64,000 nucleotides of DNA from an uncultured Verrucomicrobiae bacterium (GTDB taxonomy: Bacteria > Verrucomicrobiota > Verrucomicrobiia > Chthoniobacterales > JAFAMB01). The translations under genes and the position numbers were made by a program. The notes below the pieces were generated by a model that was not told the DNA's origin, did not search any database, and was given only the letters and a program-made list of their open reading frames with translations. The stretch covers positions 352,001 through 416,000 of the forward strand of contig CAVXLD010000001.1 of assembly GCA_963762565.1 (NCBI GenBank). Reading direction: 5' to 3'. Positions 11,051-20,887 of this stretch are shown here, one piece after another (position 1 is the stretch's first letter; each line of letters opens with the position of its first letter).

Positions 11051-11691
11051 ACGAGCAAGCACTTCTTCACGAGCAATTCACTGACCTCGATCAGCAGCGA
11101 GAAAGTGCAACGGCCGGTATGTGGGTTTTTCTCGCCTCCGAAATTATGTTTTTTGGCGGTCTGATGCTCGCCTTTACCGTCTATCGATTGAACTATGCTC
11201 AGGCTTTCGATGCGGCTAGCCGACAGTTGAACGTGGTTTTGGGGAGTATTAACACGGCGGTCCTTTTTACCAGTGGATTAACCATGGCGCTGGCGGAGAC
11301 CGCCAATAAAATGGGAGCGAAACGCCGCGCCATTATTCTCCTTCTGGCGACCGGAGCGCTGGGGGTTCTGTTTCTCGGAATCAAAGCCGCGGAATACCAT
11401 GAAGATTGGACTAAAGGACTCTTCCCCGGCTCGACCTTTGCTTGGACGGCCCCGGACCAAGCCCATGTCCAGCTCTTCTTCGTCCTCTATTTTATTATGA
11501 CCGGCTTTCACGCTCTACATTTAACGGTTGGAATCGGCCTTATCGGAGTGATCGCATTATTGACAGCGACCGGCTGGGTCAATCGCCAACGCTATCTGCC
11601 GCTCGATGTCGCCGGCATTTACTGGCATTTTGTCGACCTCGTCTGGATTTTCCTGTTCCCGTTGCTTTATCTGTTAGGCGGAAAGACATGA
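11047..11691 (+). CDS. coxC: Cytochrome c oxidase subunit III
   Basis: [17 protein letters not shown] and YWHFVD motifs. Confidence 0.92.
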   Translation: MNEQALLHEQFTDLDQQRESATAGMWVFLASEIMFFGGLMLAFTVYRLNYAQAFDAASRQLNVVLGSINTAVLFTSGLTMALAETANKMGAKRRAIILLLATGALGVLFLGIKAAEYHEDWTKGLFPGSTFAWTAPDQAHVQLFFVLYFIMTGFHALHLTVGIGLIGVIALLTATGWVNRQRYLPLDVAGIYWHFVDLVWIFLFPLLYLLGGKT

Positions 11692-11975
11692 CTTTGAAAA
11701 ACCGGGACAGCAAAGTCGGAGTCATCTATTCGGCCCTCCTCGGCCTTTTGTTGGCTGGGCTTGGTTCTCTCTTTATCCACTTCGGTCCATGGCAGCCGGT
11801 CATTCCTCTCTTCATCGCGGTCGCGCAGGCTACCCTGGTCATTCTTTTTTTCATGCATGTCCGCAGGAGCTCCCAATTGATCTGGCTATTGGCCGGGAGC
11901 GGGTTCCTTTGGCTGGCTATTCTTTTGGTGTTAGTCCTCGCCGAATATGCAAGCCGACCTTGGTTTCGAGGATAA
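11688..11975 (+). CDS. coxD: Cytochrome c oxidase subunit IV
   Basis: Three TM helices, FFMHV motif; ATGA overlap with coxC. Confidence 0.8.
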   Translation: MTLKNRDSKVGVIYSALLGLLLAGLGSLFIHFGPWQPVIPLFIAVAQATLVILFFMHVRRSSQLIWLLAGSGFLWLAILLVLVLAEYASRPWFRG

Positions 11976-12327
11976 GCCATCGGTCGTCACAGCGGATTTG
12001 TAAAAGCCGACCAATCAGCTCATTAGAGCCTCGGAGCCTCCCAATCGTCGTCGGCAGAAAAAAAAGAGAGACGCGCCAAAAAGCCTCTTTCACATAAACG
12101 ACTTGTGTCCGAAACGGAGTTACTAGATCAACAGAATTACCCTCTCGGGAAACGAGGCATCACTAGAAAGCGGCCCCATAGTACTGACACACTGCTTACT
12201 GCTTACTGCTCCTGTGCGAGGATCATGGGTATGGAATTATCACGTTTCTGTGACAATTCTCATCGCATAGAAACTATCCCATCACACAGACGGGACAGCC
12301 GCCGGTATTTCGGTGTCTGTCCTGGGT

Positions 12328-13332
12328 TTATGGCTGCCCGGATCCGCCCGCTGATCCGTAGATTTGCCCAGTCGCGTAACTCGCATCGTTGGCAGCCAGC
12401 TGCACATAAATAGACGCCAATTCTGCCGGCTGGCCGGGCCGGCCCAGTGGCGTTTCGCTCCCGAATTTTTGAAGTTTCTCCTGACTGTCACCGCCACTCA
12501 CCTGCAAGGGGGTCCAAATTGGACCGGGGGCAACGCCGTTAACCCGAATGCCTTTCGGCGCAAGCCGCTTTGCCAGCGATTTAACATAGTTCATCGTGGC
12601 TGCCTTCGTTTGCGCATAGTCATAAAGATCTGGCGATGGATTGTAAGCTTGCACTGAGGTCGTCCCAATGATCACCGATCCAGGCGGCAAGTGCGGCAGG
12701 GCAGCCTTTATAATCCAAAACGGCGCATAGATGTTCGTCTTTATCGTCCAATCGAACTGCTCAGTCGAGATATCTAACAAAGACGCGTGCGATTGCTGTC
12801 GCGCGGCATTACTGACCAAAATATCCAAACCGCCCAAAGCATTGCATGCATCGAGCACCAATTTTTGGCAGAAAGATTCTTCTCTTAGATCTCCTGGCAG
12901 AGCAATCCCCTTGTGGCCCGCCGATTGGATCAAGGCAATGACTTCCTGCGCATCTGGCTCTTCGGTCGGATAATAATTGATCGCCACGTCAGCTCCTTCC
13001 CGCGCAAATGCAATCGCCGCCGCGCGTCCTATGCCGGAGTCGCCCCCTGTAATTAACGCCTTTCGGCCGGCCAAGCGGCCTGAGCCTCGATAGGTCTCTT
13101 CCCCATGATCAGGACGTGGGTCCATCTTGCTGGCCAAGCCCGGCCAAGGCTGCGACTGGCTCTTGAAGGGTGGTTTTGGATACTTGCTCAGCGGATCTTG
13201 TAGTTCTTGCATGGGAAGTTCCTGCTTTGTGGTTCGCTCGGCGGCAAAGCTTCGGGAAGCGGCTGCCGCAACCAGCCCTGCCCCTAAACCGCGAATCGCT
13301 TTACGGCGATTAATCGGACTTCGTTCGTTCAT
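12328..13332 (-). CDS. SDR oxidoreductase (YghA/YdaD general-stress type) with Tat-like N-terminal extension
   Basis: PDHGEETYRGSGRL, TGGDSGIG, YAQTK motifs; N-terminal NRRKAI plus hydrophobic stretch. Confidence 0.88.
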   Translation of the reverse strand: MNERSPINRRKAIRGLGAGLVAAAASRSFAAERTTKQELPMQELQDPLSKYPKPPFKSQSQPWPGLASKMDPRPDHGEETYRGSGRLAGRKALITGGDSGIGRAAAIAFAREGADVAINYYPTEEPDAQEVIALIQSAGHKGIALPGDLREESFCQKLVLDACNALGGLDILVSNAARQQSHASLLDISTEQFDWTIKTNIYAPFWIIKAALPHLPPGSVIIGTTSVQAYNPSPDLYDYAQTKAATMNYVKSLAKRLAPKGIRVNGVAPGPIWTPLQVSGGDSQEKLQKFGSETPLGRPGQPAELASIYVQLAANDASYATGQIYGSAGGSGQP

Positions 13333-13681
13333 AAACGGGACCTTTAGCTAAGTTTGTTACCCGATCTTTCCGCGATTCAATTCAGGCCTTGTTAGATCGC
13401 GGCGCTCGCTCGGGCTCGGTTGAGGGGTTCGCATCCAAGGCAGTTCTTGGACGGGAAGTCGCGATTGTTCCGATGGTCGAGCGGCGAAATGCTGGTTTTC
13501 CTGGGAGCTGGTTAGTCCGTCCTCGTCTTCGCTCCAATTCGCGCGACCAAACCTTAGGCTTTTTAGAAACGGTCCAGATTGCTGATTGAAGACCGCTAAG
13601 GTCTCGACCCGCGAATCTGCAATGGCATGACGGATCGGCTATCTCTCAACTACCGGGGCCGAGCAACGAAAGAGCTGGTTC

Positions 13682-13909
13682 GTGTGCGCGGACCCAAAAT
13701 CTACAAATTCTTTGAAAAAGCGTAAGAGTTCGCGCAAGCGCCATGCGCAAGCGGGTCGCTCAATCGGACCCGACCAGCCAAGAGAAGCCGCGATCGAGGC
13801 AATCGCCCGACACCTGCATGAACTAAAGCCGGAGGAAGCGGCCGTGATCACGTTGCTTCGGCAAGAGCTGGCCCGGCGCTCCGGAAACGGTCAAGGCTCT
13901 AAGACATGA
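13682..13909 (+). CDS. Small basic hypothetical protein
   Basis: ORF whose TGA overlaps the ATG of the next gene; no recognisable motif. Confidence 0.4.
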   Translation: MCADPKSTNSLKKRKSSRKRHAQAGRSIGPDQPREAAIEAIARHLHELKPEEAAVITLLRQELARRSGNGQGSKT

Positions 13910-14853
13910 GAATTGCGCTCGTTCACAATCCTAAGGCTGGTAACGGGACGTTCAAGGTTTCCGAGTTCGTTCGACAGATTGAGAACGCCGGACACCAGGT
14001 GTTGTACGTGTCGATTAAAGAAGCAGATTGGCCGAAAATCTTCGGGGAGCTGGTTGACCGAGTGATCATCGCCGGGGGCGACGGCAGCGTCAGTCGCATT
14101 GCGCCCTGGTTAGCAGCCCGGCGTTTGCCGTTTTGCATTCTTGCTCTCGGCACTGCCAATAATTGCGCAAGAGGTCTCGGACAAATGCAGGCCGCCGAGA
14201 GGCTGATAGCGAGTATTTCTTCGGCTCCAACCAGGAAGATCGACCTTGGCCTGGTCACCAGTCCGGGCGGCCAGCGCTGCTTCATCGAATCCGCCGGTGT
14301 CGGATTTTTGCCGCGTTTTATGGACGAGATGCGGGCATCCCAAAAGAAAAACGGTTCTAAATTTCGGAGCGGCGCACACAAAAGATTAGCTGACGCCAAG
14401 AAGTACCTCTGGGCTATGGCTAAAGAAACTCCGGCGTTCGAAGGTGAGATCCTCCTTGATGCAGAGAAAATCAGCGACGAAGTCCTCCTTTTCGAAATCG
14501 CCAATATCGGATTAATCGGCCCAAGTCTCGATCTAGCACCCGGCGCAGACCCAAGCGATGGCTTCCTTAACGTGGCTTGGGTAAGGGGCGAGCATCGGAA
14601 AGAATGGCTCAACTATCTAAAACACTTAAGAACAAACGGAAAAGCTTCGGCGCCGGTTGAGCAGCGACGGTGCCGACAGATCACCTTTCGCCAATTAGAT
14701 GTTCCGTTGCATGTCGACGGCAAAGTATTTCCCGAAATAGAAACGCCGTGTTGCGTCACGGTTTACCCTGGCGCACTTGATTTGATCGATTTTAGCAAAC
14801 CGTTAACCGAGACCTTGGATGTGCATTCGATCTCCTCATTGTCTAACCGGTAA
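13906..14853 (+). CDS. Diacylglycerol/lipid kinase family protein
   Basis: NPKAG, GGDGS, GTANN, HVDG motifs. Confidence 0.85.
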   Translation: MRIALVHNPKAGNGTFKVSEFVRQIENAGHQVLYVSIKEADWPKIFGELVDRVIIAGGDGSVSRIAPWLAARRLPFCILALGTANNCARGLGQMQAAERLIASISSAPTRKIDLGLVTSPGGQRCFIESAGVGFLPRFMDEMRASQKKNGSKFRSGAHKRLADAKKYLWAMAKETPAFEGEILLDAEKISDEVLLFEIANIGLIGPSLDLAPGADPSDGFLNVAWVRGEHRKEWLNYLKHLRTNGKASAPVEQRRCRQITFRQLDVPLHVDGKVFPEIETPCCVTVYPGALDLIDFSKPLTETLDVHSISSLSNR

Positions 14854-15004
14854 TTTCTACTACACAAAGGCGCCGCCGCACTCGCGGGGTTTAAACCACC
14901 TCAAATTCTTAACTTCCTGCGGATTGAGGAGCTGCGAAAATGGGCTTCACAAATTTCGCAGCCCCATTGATCCACGGGTAAAATATTTGGCGAGTTTAGA
15001 GAGA

Positions 15005-15523
15005 CTATTTTCCCGCCACCCTAGTCGCGGTGAGATTTACGTCGCTTTCGGCTACCGCCGTTAGTTTTTCGTCCGCGGCTCTCTCCTCTTCAAGTGTCTT
15101 TTGCAGGATCTCGACAATGTCATGCAGTCCCAGTCTCTTTGCCAACGTCCGAGCGGTTCCATATCCGGCCATCTCGTAATGCTCGACTCGCTGGGCGGCT
15201 CCGATTAAGCCGGCATCGCGGACATCCGGCTGGCCTTTGGCTTTGATGAATTCTTCGCCTTCTTTTACCAGACCCTTCATCGCCTCGCACGTTTCGCCGC
15301 TCGCTTTTTCGCTAAGACTCTTGAAAGCGTCGTCAAGGCGACTCACGTGCTTTCTGGTCTCTTCCAAATGGTGATTGAACGCGTTCCTCAGTTCTGTTGA
15401 GGAAGCCGCTTCGGCCATTTTTGGTAGCGCCTCAACCAGCTGCTCTTCCGCGTTGTGTAGATCGCGCAATTCAGCGATCAGAAGGTCCTTTACCGATTCT
15501 AGTTTTAGGGATGTGATTCTCAT
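15005..15523 (-). CDS. Ferritin-like DUF892 (YciE/YciF) stress protein
   Basis: HLEET, CEAMKGL, QRVEHYEMAGYGT motifs. Confidence 0.9.
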   Translation of the reverse strand: MRITSLKLESVKDLLIAELRDLHNAEEQLVEALPKMAEAASSTELRNAFNHHLEETRKHVSRLDDAFKSLSEKASGETCEAMKGLVKEGEEFIKAKGQPDVRDAGLIGAAQRVEHYEMAGYGTARTLAKRLGLHDIVEILQKTLEEERAADEKLTAVAESDVNLTATRVAGK

Positions 15524-15676
15524 ATCTTCCAGAATTCGCCGATTGGGAAGCGATCGGTTCTGTTTGTCCTGTCTATCTCGCTTATATAGCCGAACAGATC
15601 CGTTCTGCAGGAGAAGGCAGTGTTTGCTAGCGATTTGTGTCAGCCACTTTTCGGCGAGCGTTTTAAGCCGCTTATT

Positions 15677-16276
15677 TCAAAACATCGCGCTGTCGGAGTC
15701 GTCGGACAGGAGACGTGGTCCGAGTTGGCGGAAAGACCACGGCGCATCTGGGGCGATACGATCAAACCGCATCACCAAGTCGTAGCGTTCGCCATCCCAC
15801 CTGACTGGCAATCCTTTGATGGGTTGATCCCTGGCGATGGCCGGCAAAAGCGTTTTGGTGATCGCATTGTGCTCCCAGGCAATGAGCACCACCCCAGTCT
15901 CGCTCGTAACCAGCGAAGCCAATTCCAGCTCTTGTCCTACTGCGTAGTCGGTTACTATCCTAAGGCTTAATCTTTCCGCAACCGGGATCACCGTCTGGAA
16001 CGGACGTTGACTTGGTTCCTCACCGGTGGTCGCAGTTGGGTCCGCTGCATAGATCACTGAGGGTCTGGGATAGTCACCATCTCGAATGTTCCCGGCGAAT
16101 AAGGTGGCCCAGGCACCCGCCCGTTGCCAACCTCGCACAACGAGCGATTTTTCATCCTCCGTTCCTTCCGGAGTGAGGCCAGGACCTGGCCATCGATGTC
16201 CCGCCTTTTCTGCGTGCCGAATGATTAGGATCGAAAGAGAAAAGTCGCTCACCGAGTACTTGAGAGTAGAGTTCAT
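15677..16276 (-). CDS. Histidine phosphatase superfamily protein
   Basis: IIRHAEK, SQRPFQT, WEH motifs; start at ATG 16276 after AAGGAAGGGG. Confidence 0.72.
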   Translation of the reverse strand: MNSTLKYSVSDFSLSILIIRHAEKAGHRWPGPGLTPEGTEDEKSLVVRGWQRAGAWATLFAGNIRDGDYPRPSVIYAADPTATTGEEPSQRPFQTVIPVAERLSLRIVTDYAVGQELELASLVTSETGVVLIAWEHNAITKTLLPAIARDQPIKGLPVRWDGERYDLVMRFDRIAPDAPWSFRQLGPRLLSDDSDSAMF

Positions 16277-16460
16277 CCTCGAATCCCCTTCCTTAATTCG
16301 TTTCCCGTCGAACATTTGGCCGCCTTTCTCTCGCCCTTTAAAGGGCAACCGCTTCGGGGCTGGATACTATCCTCTGTCATGCTGAAGACTCGCTCCAAGA
16401 CCGGGGAACGCCTTATCCACGAACCAGGATAAATGCCCCGAAGCACCACAGAAGGTTCCA

Positions 16461-16925
16461 ATGAAAAGCCAACTTATCAGCGACAACTACGACCGACCTG
16501 CCGGAACCAATCAGAAAAGTTTTGCGATCGTTTTTGATGATGGAGATGAGGTGATAGCCGGGCTCAAGAAATTCGCCGGACAAGAACGCCTTGCAGCCAG
16601 TCATTTTACCGCCATCGGCGCGTTTAAGGACGTAACCCTTGGATACTTTGACTGGGAGAAGAAAGACTACATCAAAATACCGGTCCAGGAACAGGTCGAG
16701 GTTCTTTCGCTCATCGGCGATATTACCTTAAACGACTGGAAACCAAACATCCATGCCCACGTGGTCTTAGGAAAACGGGATGGTAGCACGGCGGGAGGCC
16801 ATTTGATCGAGGCGCGCGTACGGCCCACTCTCGAAGTGATTTTGACCGAATCTCCCGAGCACCTAATTCGACGGCACGACAAACGGTCAGGACTTGCATT
16901 GATATCACTGAGAGACAGTCAATAG
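16461..16925 (+). CDS. DUF296 / PPC-domain protein
   Basis: EVLSLIG, HAHVVLG and GGHL motifs. Confidence 0.85.
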   Translation: MKSQLISDNYDRPAGTNQKSFAIVFDDGDEVIAGLKKFAGQERLAASHFTAIGAFKDVTLGYFDWEKKDYIKIPVQEQVEVLSLIGDITLNDWKPNIHAHVVLGKRDGSTAGGHLIEARVRPTLEVILTESPEHLIRRHDKRSGLALISLRDSQ

Positions 16926-17059
16926 ATCCGATGGAATCAGCCTCATGATCGAGGTTCCAATCATTACTTCTGCTGTGTAGCCGAAGATCCGTTCCGCAAC
17001 CTGAATCCAACTTGTCTATCAGGGGAGCGTGAAGACACCGATGGACGCGCCTACGCCCT

Positions 17060-17755
17060 TCAGGGATTCCATTCAACTTTGATCACACCTGGCTCAGCGA
17101 GAATTGTCTGAAGGAATTTCGGCGGTCGTACATCGTGAGAGTAAGCACGCCACCGCACTTCGGCTCGCAGTTCGCGCTGCGAGGTGGGTTTCGTGCAGCT
17201 GAAACTCCATGGCCCGATCTCGTAACCTCCCTCTTTCAAGTTTTCGGCGATTTCATCTTCGGTGGGACCGTTCTCCTCAACCGCGACCGTCAACGTCGCA
17301 TGACGATCCTGTTTGCGGCGCTTCTCTACCAATTTTAAGCCATCCAGTGTGAACAAACCTATCACCAATACCGCCGAGCCAAGGACTAACTGTCCCCCTC
17401 CAAAACACAAACCGAGAGCGGTCGCGAACCAAAGGGTAGCTGCAGTTGTCAGGCCGTGCACTAAACTGCCTTTCCGAACAATTGCGCCGGCGCCAATAAA
17501 ACCCATGCCCGATAAAATGCCCAACGGAAGCCGCATGAGGTCTAACACGGAAAAGGATTCCGGAGTCTTGCCCGATACGGGCAACAAAAGATTAACCTGA
17601 AGCATGCTGACCGAAGCCGCCAAACATACCAGTAAGGTTGTCCGCAAACCGGCTGCGTGGCCGTGTTCGCTTCGATTAAGACCCAGGAGCGCTCCTGCTA
17701 CAACCGTAAGGAGCAGTCGCAGCGCGATCTCAGGCCATTCGATTGAATAAGGCAT
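17060..17755 (-). CDS. MgtC/SapB family membrane protein
   Basis: AGLRT, GMGFIGAG, GLTTAATLW motifs. Confidence 0.88.
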   Translation of the reverse strand: MPYSIEWPEIALRLLLTVVAGALLGLNRSEHGHAAGLRTTLLVCLAASVSMLQVNLLLPVSGKTPESFSVLDLMRLPLGILSGMGFIGAGAIVRKGSLVHGLTTAATLWFATALGLCFGGGQLVLGSAVLVIGLFTLDGLKLVEKRRKQDRHATLTVAVEENGPTEDEIAENLKEGGYEIGPWSFSCTKPTSQRELRAEVRWRAYSHDVRPPKFLQTILAEPGVIKVEWNP

Positions 17756-18015
17756 AGAATTAATAATGCCATCTGTGCGCCGATCACTCCAGCGGCCCCT
17801 CGTTGATTTCACCAGTCGACAATCTGTTTACCGATCCGCCGCGCGGCTAAAACATTAGGCTAACCACCAGTCACTTCCTGACGCACACAATCACGCGCGG
17901 CAGCCAAAATGAAGACGAGAGGCGTCGGCATAAACGGACGAAGCTTTCCGACTAAGAACTCCGAATTGGAGCTTTCTCTAAACGTTGTTTTTCAAGCGCG
18001 AAAGAAGAGCTACCT

Positions 18016-19035
18016 CTATCGGCGGACCAATAAGTTCCGCCCCAGCAGATTTAGTCCGATCGTGAAAACGCCGCACAGAACAACCGCGATTAAGGCATCG
18101 CGATGGAGGTCTGTCCAAAGTTGGGAACTCGTGGTCCGTGCCTGGCTATCAAATCGCCCATGGGCGCCATGATCGCCAGCCAGCGGTTCGTAAAGGTTGA
18201 AAGGTCGGTCCGGATTCTCTGGTTCTCCCGTTTGTTGACCCTCAAAAGCGGTATTGGCTAAATATCGGTCGAGCAGCCCCGGAAAGAGCCGGTTGCCAAT
18301 GATCGCCTTTATGGTCGGCATTCCGACAAAGATCTCCCGCCGGCGATGGCGGGAAGCGTAAACGACGGCTTTAGCTCCCACCTCTGGCTGATAGATTGGC
18401 GGTACCGGTTGGGCTTTCTTTCGGAGTCGGCTTTTTACCCAATCAAACTGCGGAGTGTTCATTGCCGGCATCTGAACCATAGTGACCCAGACCTGGCTTT
18501 TGTCATGGATCAGCTCGCTTCGCAGCGAGTCCATGAAACCTTGAATGGCGTGTTTGCTGGCACAGTAGGAAGCTTGTAGTGGAATACCGCGATACGCTAA
18601 AGCGCTGCCGACTTGAATGATAATTCCTCGATCACGCGGCAGCATCCGCTTGAGCGCCGCCAGCGTACCATTAACTACACCCAGGTAGGTAACCTCTGTT
18701 ACCCGCTTAAATTCGGCAGCCGTCATTTCTTTGACCGGCGAAAAGACGCTGGTCATCGCGTTATTGACCCAGACATCTATCGGTCCGAGCTCGGATTCGA
18801 CTTTCCCGGCTGCGGCTTCGACGGCATCGGCGTCAGACACGTCGGCGGGCAGTATCAGCGCCTGGCCCCCGAGCATTGCTACTTCGTGTTTGGCGCCCTC
18901 CAGGCCGTCTTTCCCACGCGCGATCAGCCCTATTCGAGCGCGTTCGCTGCCAGCAAAAGCTTTCGCAATTGCCCGGCCCAGGCCGGCGGAAGCCCCTGTG
19001 ATGACGATCACTCTTGGAGCATCATGACTTTTCAT
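18016..19035 (-). CDS. SDR oxidoreductase with C-terminal membrane anchor
   Basis: TGASAGLG, NNA, YCASK; start ATG 19035 overlaps GH15 gene end. Confidence 0.88.
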   Translation of the reverse strand: MKSHDAPRVIVITGASAGLGRAIAKAFAGSERARIGLIARGKDGLEGAKHEVAMLGGQALILPADVSDADAVEAAAGKVESELGPIDVWVNNAMTSVFSPVKEMTAAEFKRVTEVTYLGVVNGTLAALKRMLPRDRGIIIQVGSALAYRGIPLQASYCASKHAIQGFMDSLRSELIHDKSQVWVTMVQMPAMNTPQFDWVKSRLRKKAQPVPPIYQPEVGAKAVVYASRHRRREIFVGMPTIKAIIGNRLFPGLLDRYLANTAFEGQQTGEPENPDRPFNLYEPLAGDHGAHGRFDSQARTTSSQLWTDLHRDALIAVVLCGVFTIGLNLLGRNLLVRR

Positions 19036-20887
19036 GAGTACCTTTCGTACGATTCTTGAGACCATTTCTCGCTTCAGCAACCGCCCGGATGGCGCGGGCG
19101 TATTCAACCTGTGCAAACAAGAGTGGCGTGTTACCGAGGAAAATTTGTTCGCCGGGATCCGCCTCTTCAGCAAACACCCCCACTTCGTCGGCAATCGATT
19201 CACACTTTATTAAAATTGCTTCCGCCTCCTCGACGCGACCACACTTGGCAAGTACGTGCGCGTACCAGAACGTCGCAGGTAAGAAAGCACCCTCGTAGTC
19301 GCCGACCGGCAGCTGGTCTCCACCGAGCGTCGCGTCCGGCTGGAAACGGTAAACAAATCCGTTAACCATCAGCTTTCGTTCGATTGCCTGTAGCATGCCG
19401 GCGACCTTCGGATGTTCAGCTGGCAAGAAGTCCATCAGTGGAATCAATAGAACCGCTGCGTCCAATGCCTCAGAATCATAACGCTGCACAAACGAGTTTG
19501 CCTTGCTGCTCCACCCTCTTTTCATGACCTCAACGTGGATTGCCCTGGCGGCATCGCTCCAGCGTGCGAGGTCTTCATCGACCCCGAGACCTGTCAGCTT
19601 TGCGATATGCAGCGCTCGTTCGAGGACTACCCAGCTCAAGACTTTGCTAGCAACATAATCGGCCTGTATCGATAGTTCCCAGATCCCATTCTCGGGCAGG
19701 TGCCAGTTGGCCGAGGTGTAGTTAGCGACTCGCCTGAGTAAGCGCCAATGTTTATCTTCCCAAGTGCCGCCAGTTTCAACGTAGATACGCGCGCAGTCAG
19801 CAAAGAAAGCTAGAGAACCAAGCTGACTCTGTTTGGCAGCTCGATTCCCATACCGTACGGGTCGGCTGTCCGCGTAGCCGCGTACTGCGGAAAGCTCGAT
19901 CTCGTCGAGTCGAACCTCACCATCTATACGATAGCAAACCTGCAAAGGTGCATCCGTCGAAGAATCGAGTTCGCAGAGCCAGTCGAGATAGTGCTGCACT
20001 TCGTCGGTCTTTCCGAGCCTGGCCAGCAAGGCCAGCGAAAGAGAAGCGTCCCGGACCCAAGCAAACCGATAGTCGTAATTGCGATCGCCTCCGCGCCGCT
20101 CGGGAAGTGATGTGGTCAACGCTGCCACCGAACAGTCGTACTCGGCATGGGTAAGAAGATGAACGGTCATGGCCGAGCGATGAAGACGGGAGCCAAGTGT
20201 ACCGGCCGCATCAATGCATAAAGTCGCGTTCCAGTTCCGCCAGTATCCGAGCGCTTCTTCAAAAGCCGTCGCCACTCGTTCCAGAGTCCACGCTTCGAGG
20301 CTCAAATTCCAGGCAATCACTGCCCATAAGTCATCCTTCCAATCTTCGAGCTCTGCCCGCGCCGCCTCATCTCCAACGACTAATGGAAACGAGGTCCAAA
20401 CTGCCAGAGTGCCTTTGCGAAAGCGGAACACGACACCACCCAGCGCCGGCCTAGTCTCTTTGGACTGGCCCGTGAATCCCCATCGAGGACAGATTTCAAA
20501 ATGGATCATTTCGGCTCCAGCGCGAAGCCGACGGATAATCACCCGCGAATCACGGAGCGACCGTTCCCGATGATTGGACGGCCAAGTCATTACGTCGGTT
20601 AGCTCCGAAAAGCTATCTCCACTATCTTCGGCCCATGTGGTCGCGACTGCCGCAGTTTCCGGGAGGTAACGCTGTTGGCCCAGGCGAGCCGGCACCGGGC
20701 CGAAACGGCAAAATCCGCCCATCACCGGGTCGAGCAAAGCTCCAAAAATCGGCGTGCCGTCAAAGTTCGGCACACATAACCAATTGAGTGTACCATCCGC
20801 TGCGACTAAAGCACCCGTGCGCCGGTCCCCGATGACGCCATGGCGATTGATCGGAGGAAACGCTAGCGGTTGCTCGACTGTGTTCAT
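19022..20887 (-). CDS. Glycoside hydrolase family 15 (glucoamylase/trehalase-like)
   Basis: TTSLPE, RNYDYRFAWVRD, GIWE, FAEE, LGNTP motifs. Confidence 0.9.
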   Translation of the reverse strand: MNTVEQPLAFPPINRHGVIGDRRTGALVAADGTLNWLCVPNFDGTPIFGALLDPVMGGFCRFGPVPARLGQQRYLPETAAVATTWAEDSGDSFSELTDVMTWPSNHRERSLRDSRVIIRRLRAGAEMIHFEICPRWGFTGQSKETRPALGGVVFRFRKGTLAVWTSFPLVVGDEAARAELEDWKDDLWAVIAWNLSLEAWTLERVATAFEEALGYWRNWNATLCIDAAGTLGSRLHRSAMTVHLLTHAEYDCSVAALTTSLPERRGGDRNYDYRFAWVRDASLSLALLARLGKTDEVQHYLDWLCELDSSTDAPLQVCYRIDGEVRLDEIELSAVRGYADSRPVRYGNRAAKQSQLGSLAFFADCARIYVETGGTWEDKHWRLLRRVANYTSANWHLPENGIWELSIQADYVASKVLSWVVLERALHIAKLTGLGVDEDLARWSDAARAIHVEVMKRGWSSKANSFVQRYDSEALDAAVLLIPLMDFLPAEHPKVAGMLQAIERKLMVNGFVYRFQPDATLGGDQLPVGDYEGAFLPATFWYAHVLAKCGRVEEAEAILIKCESIADEVGVFAEEADPGEQIFLGNTPLLFAQVEYARAIRAVAEARNGLKNRTKGTHEKS

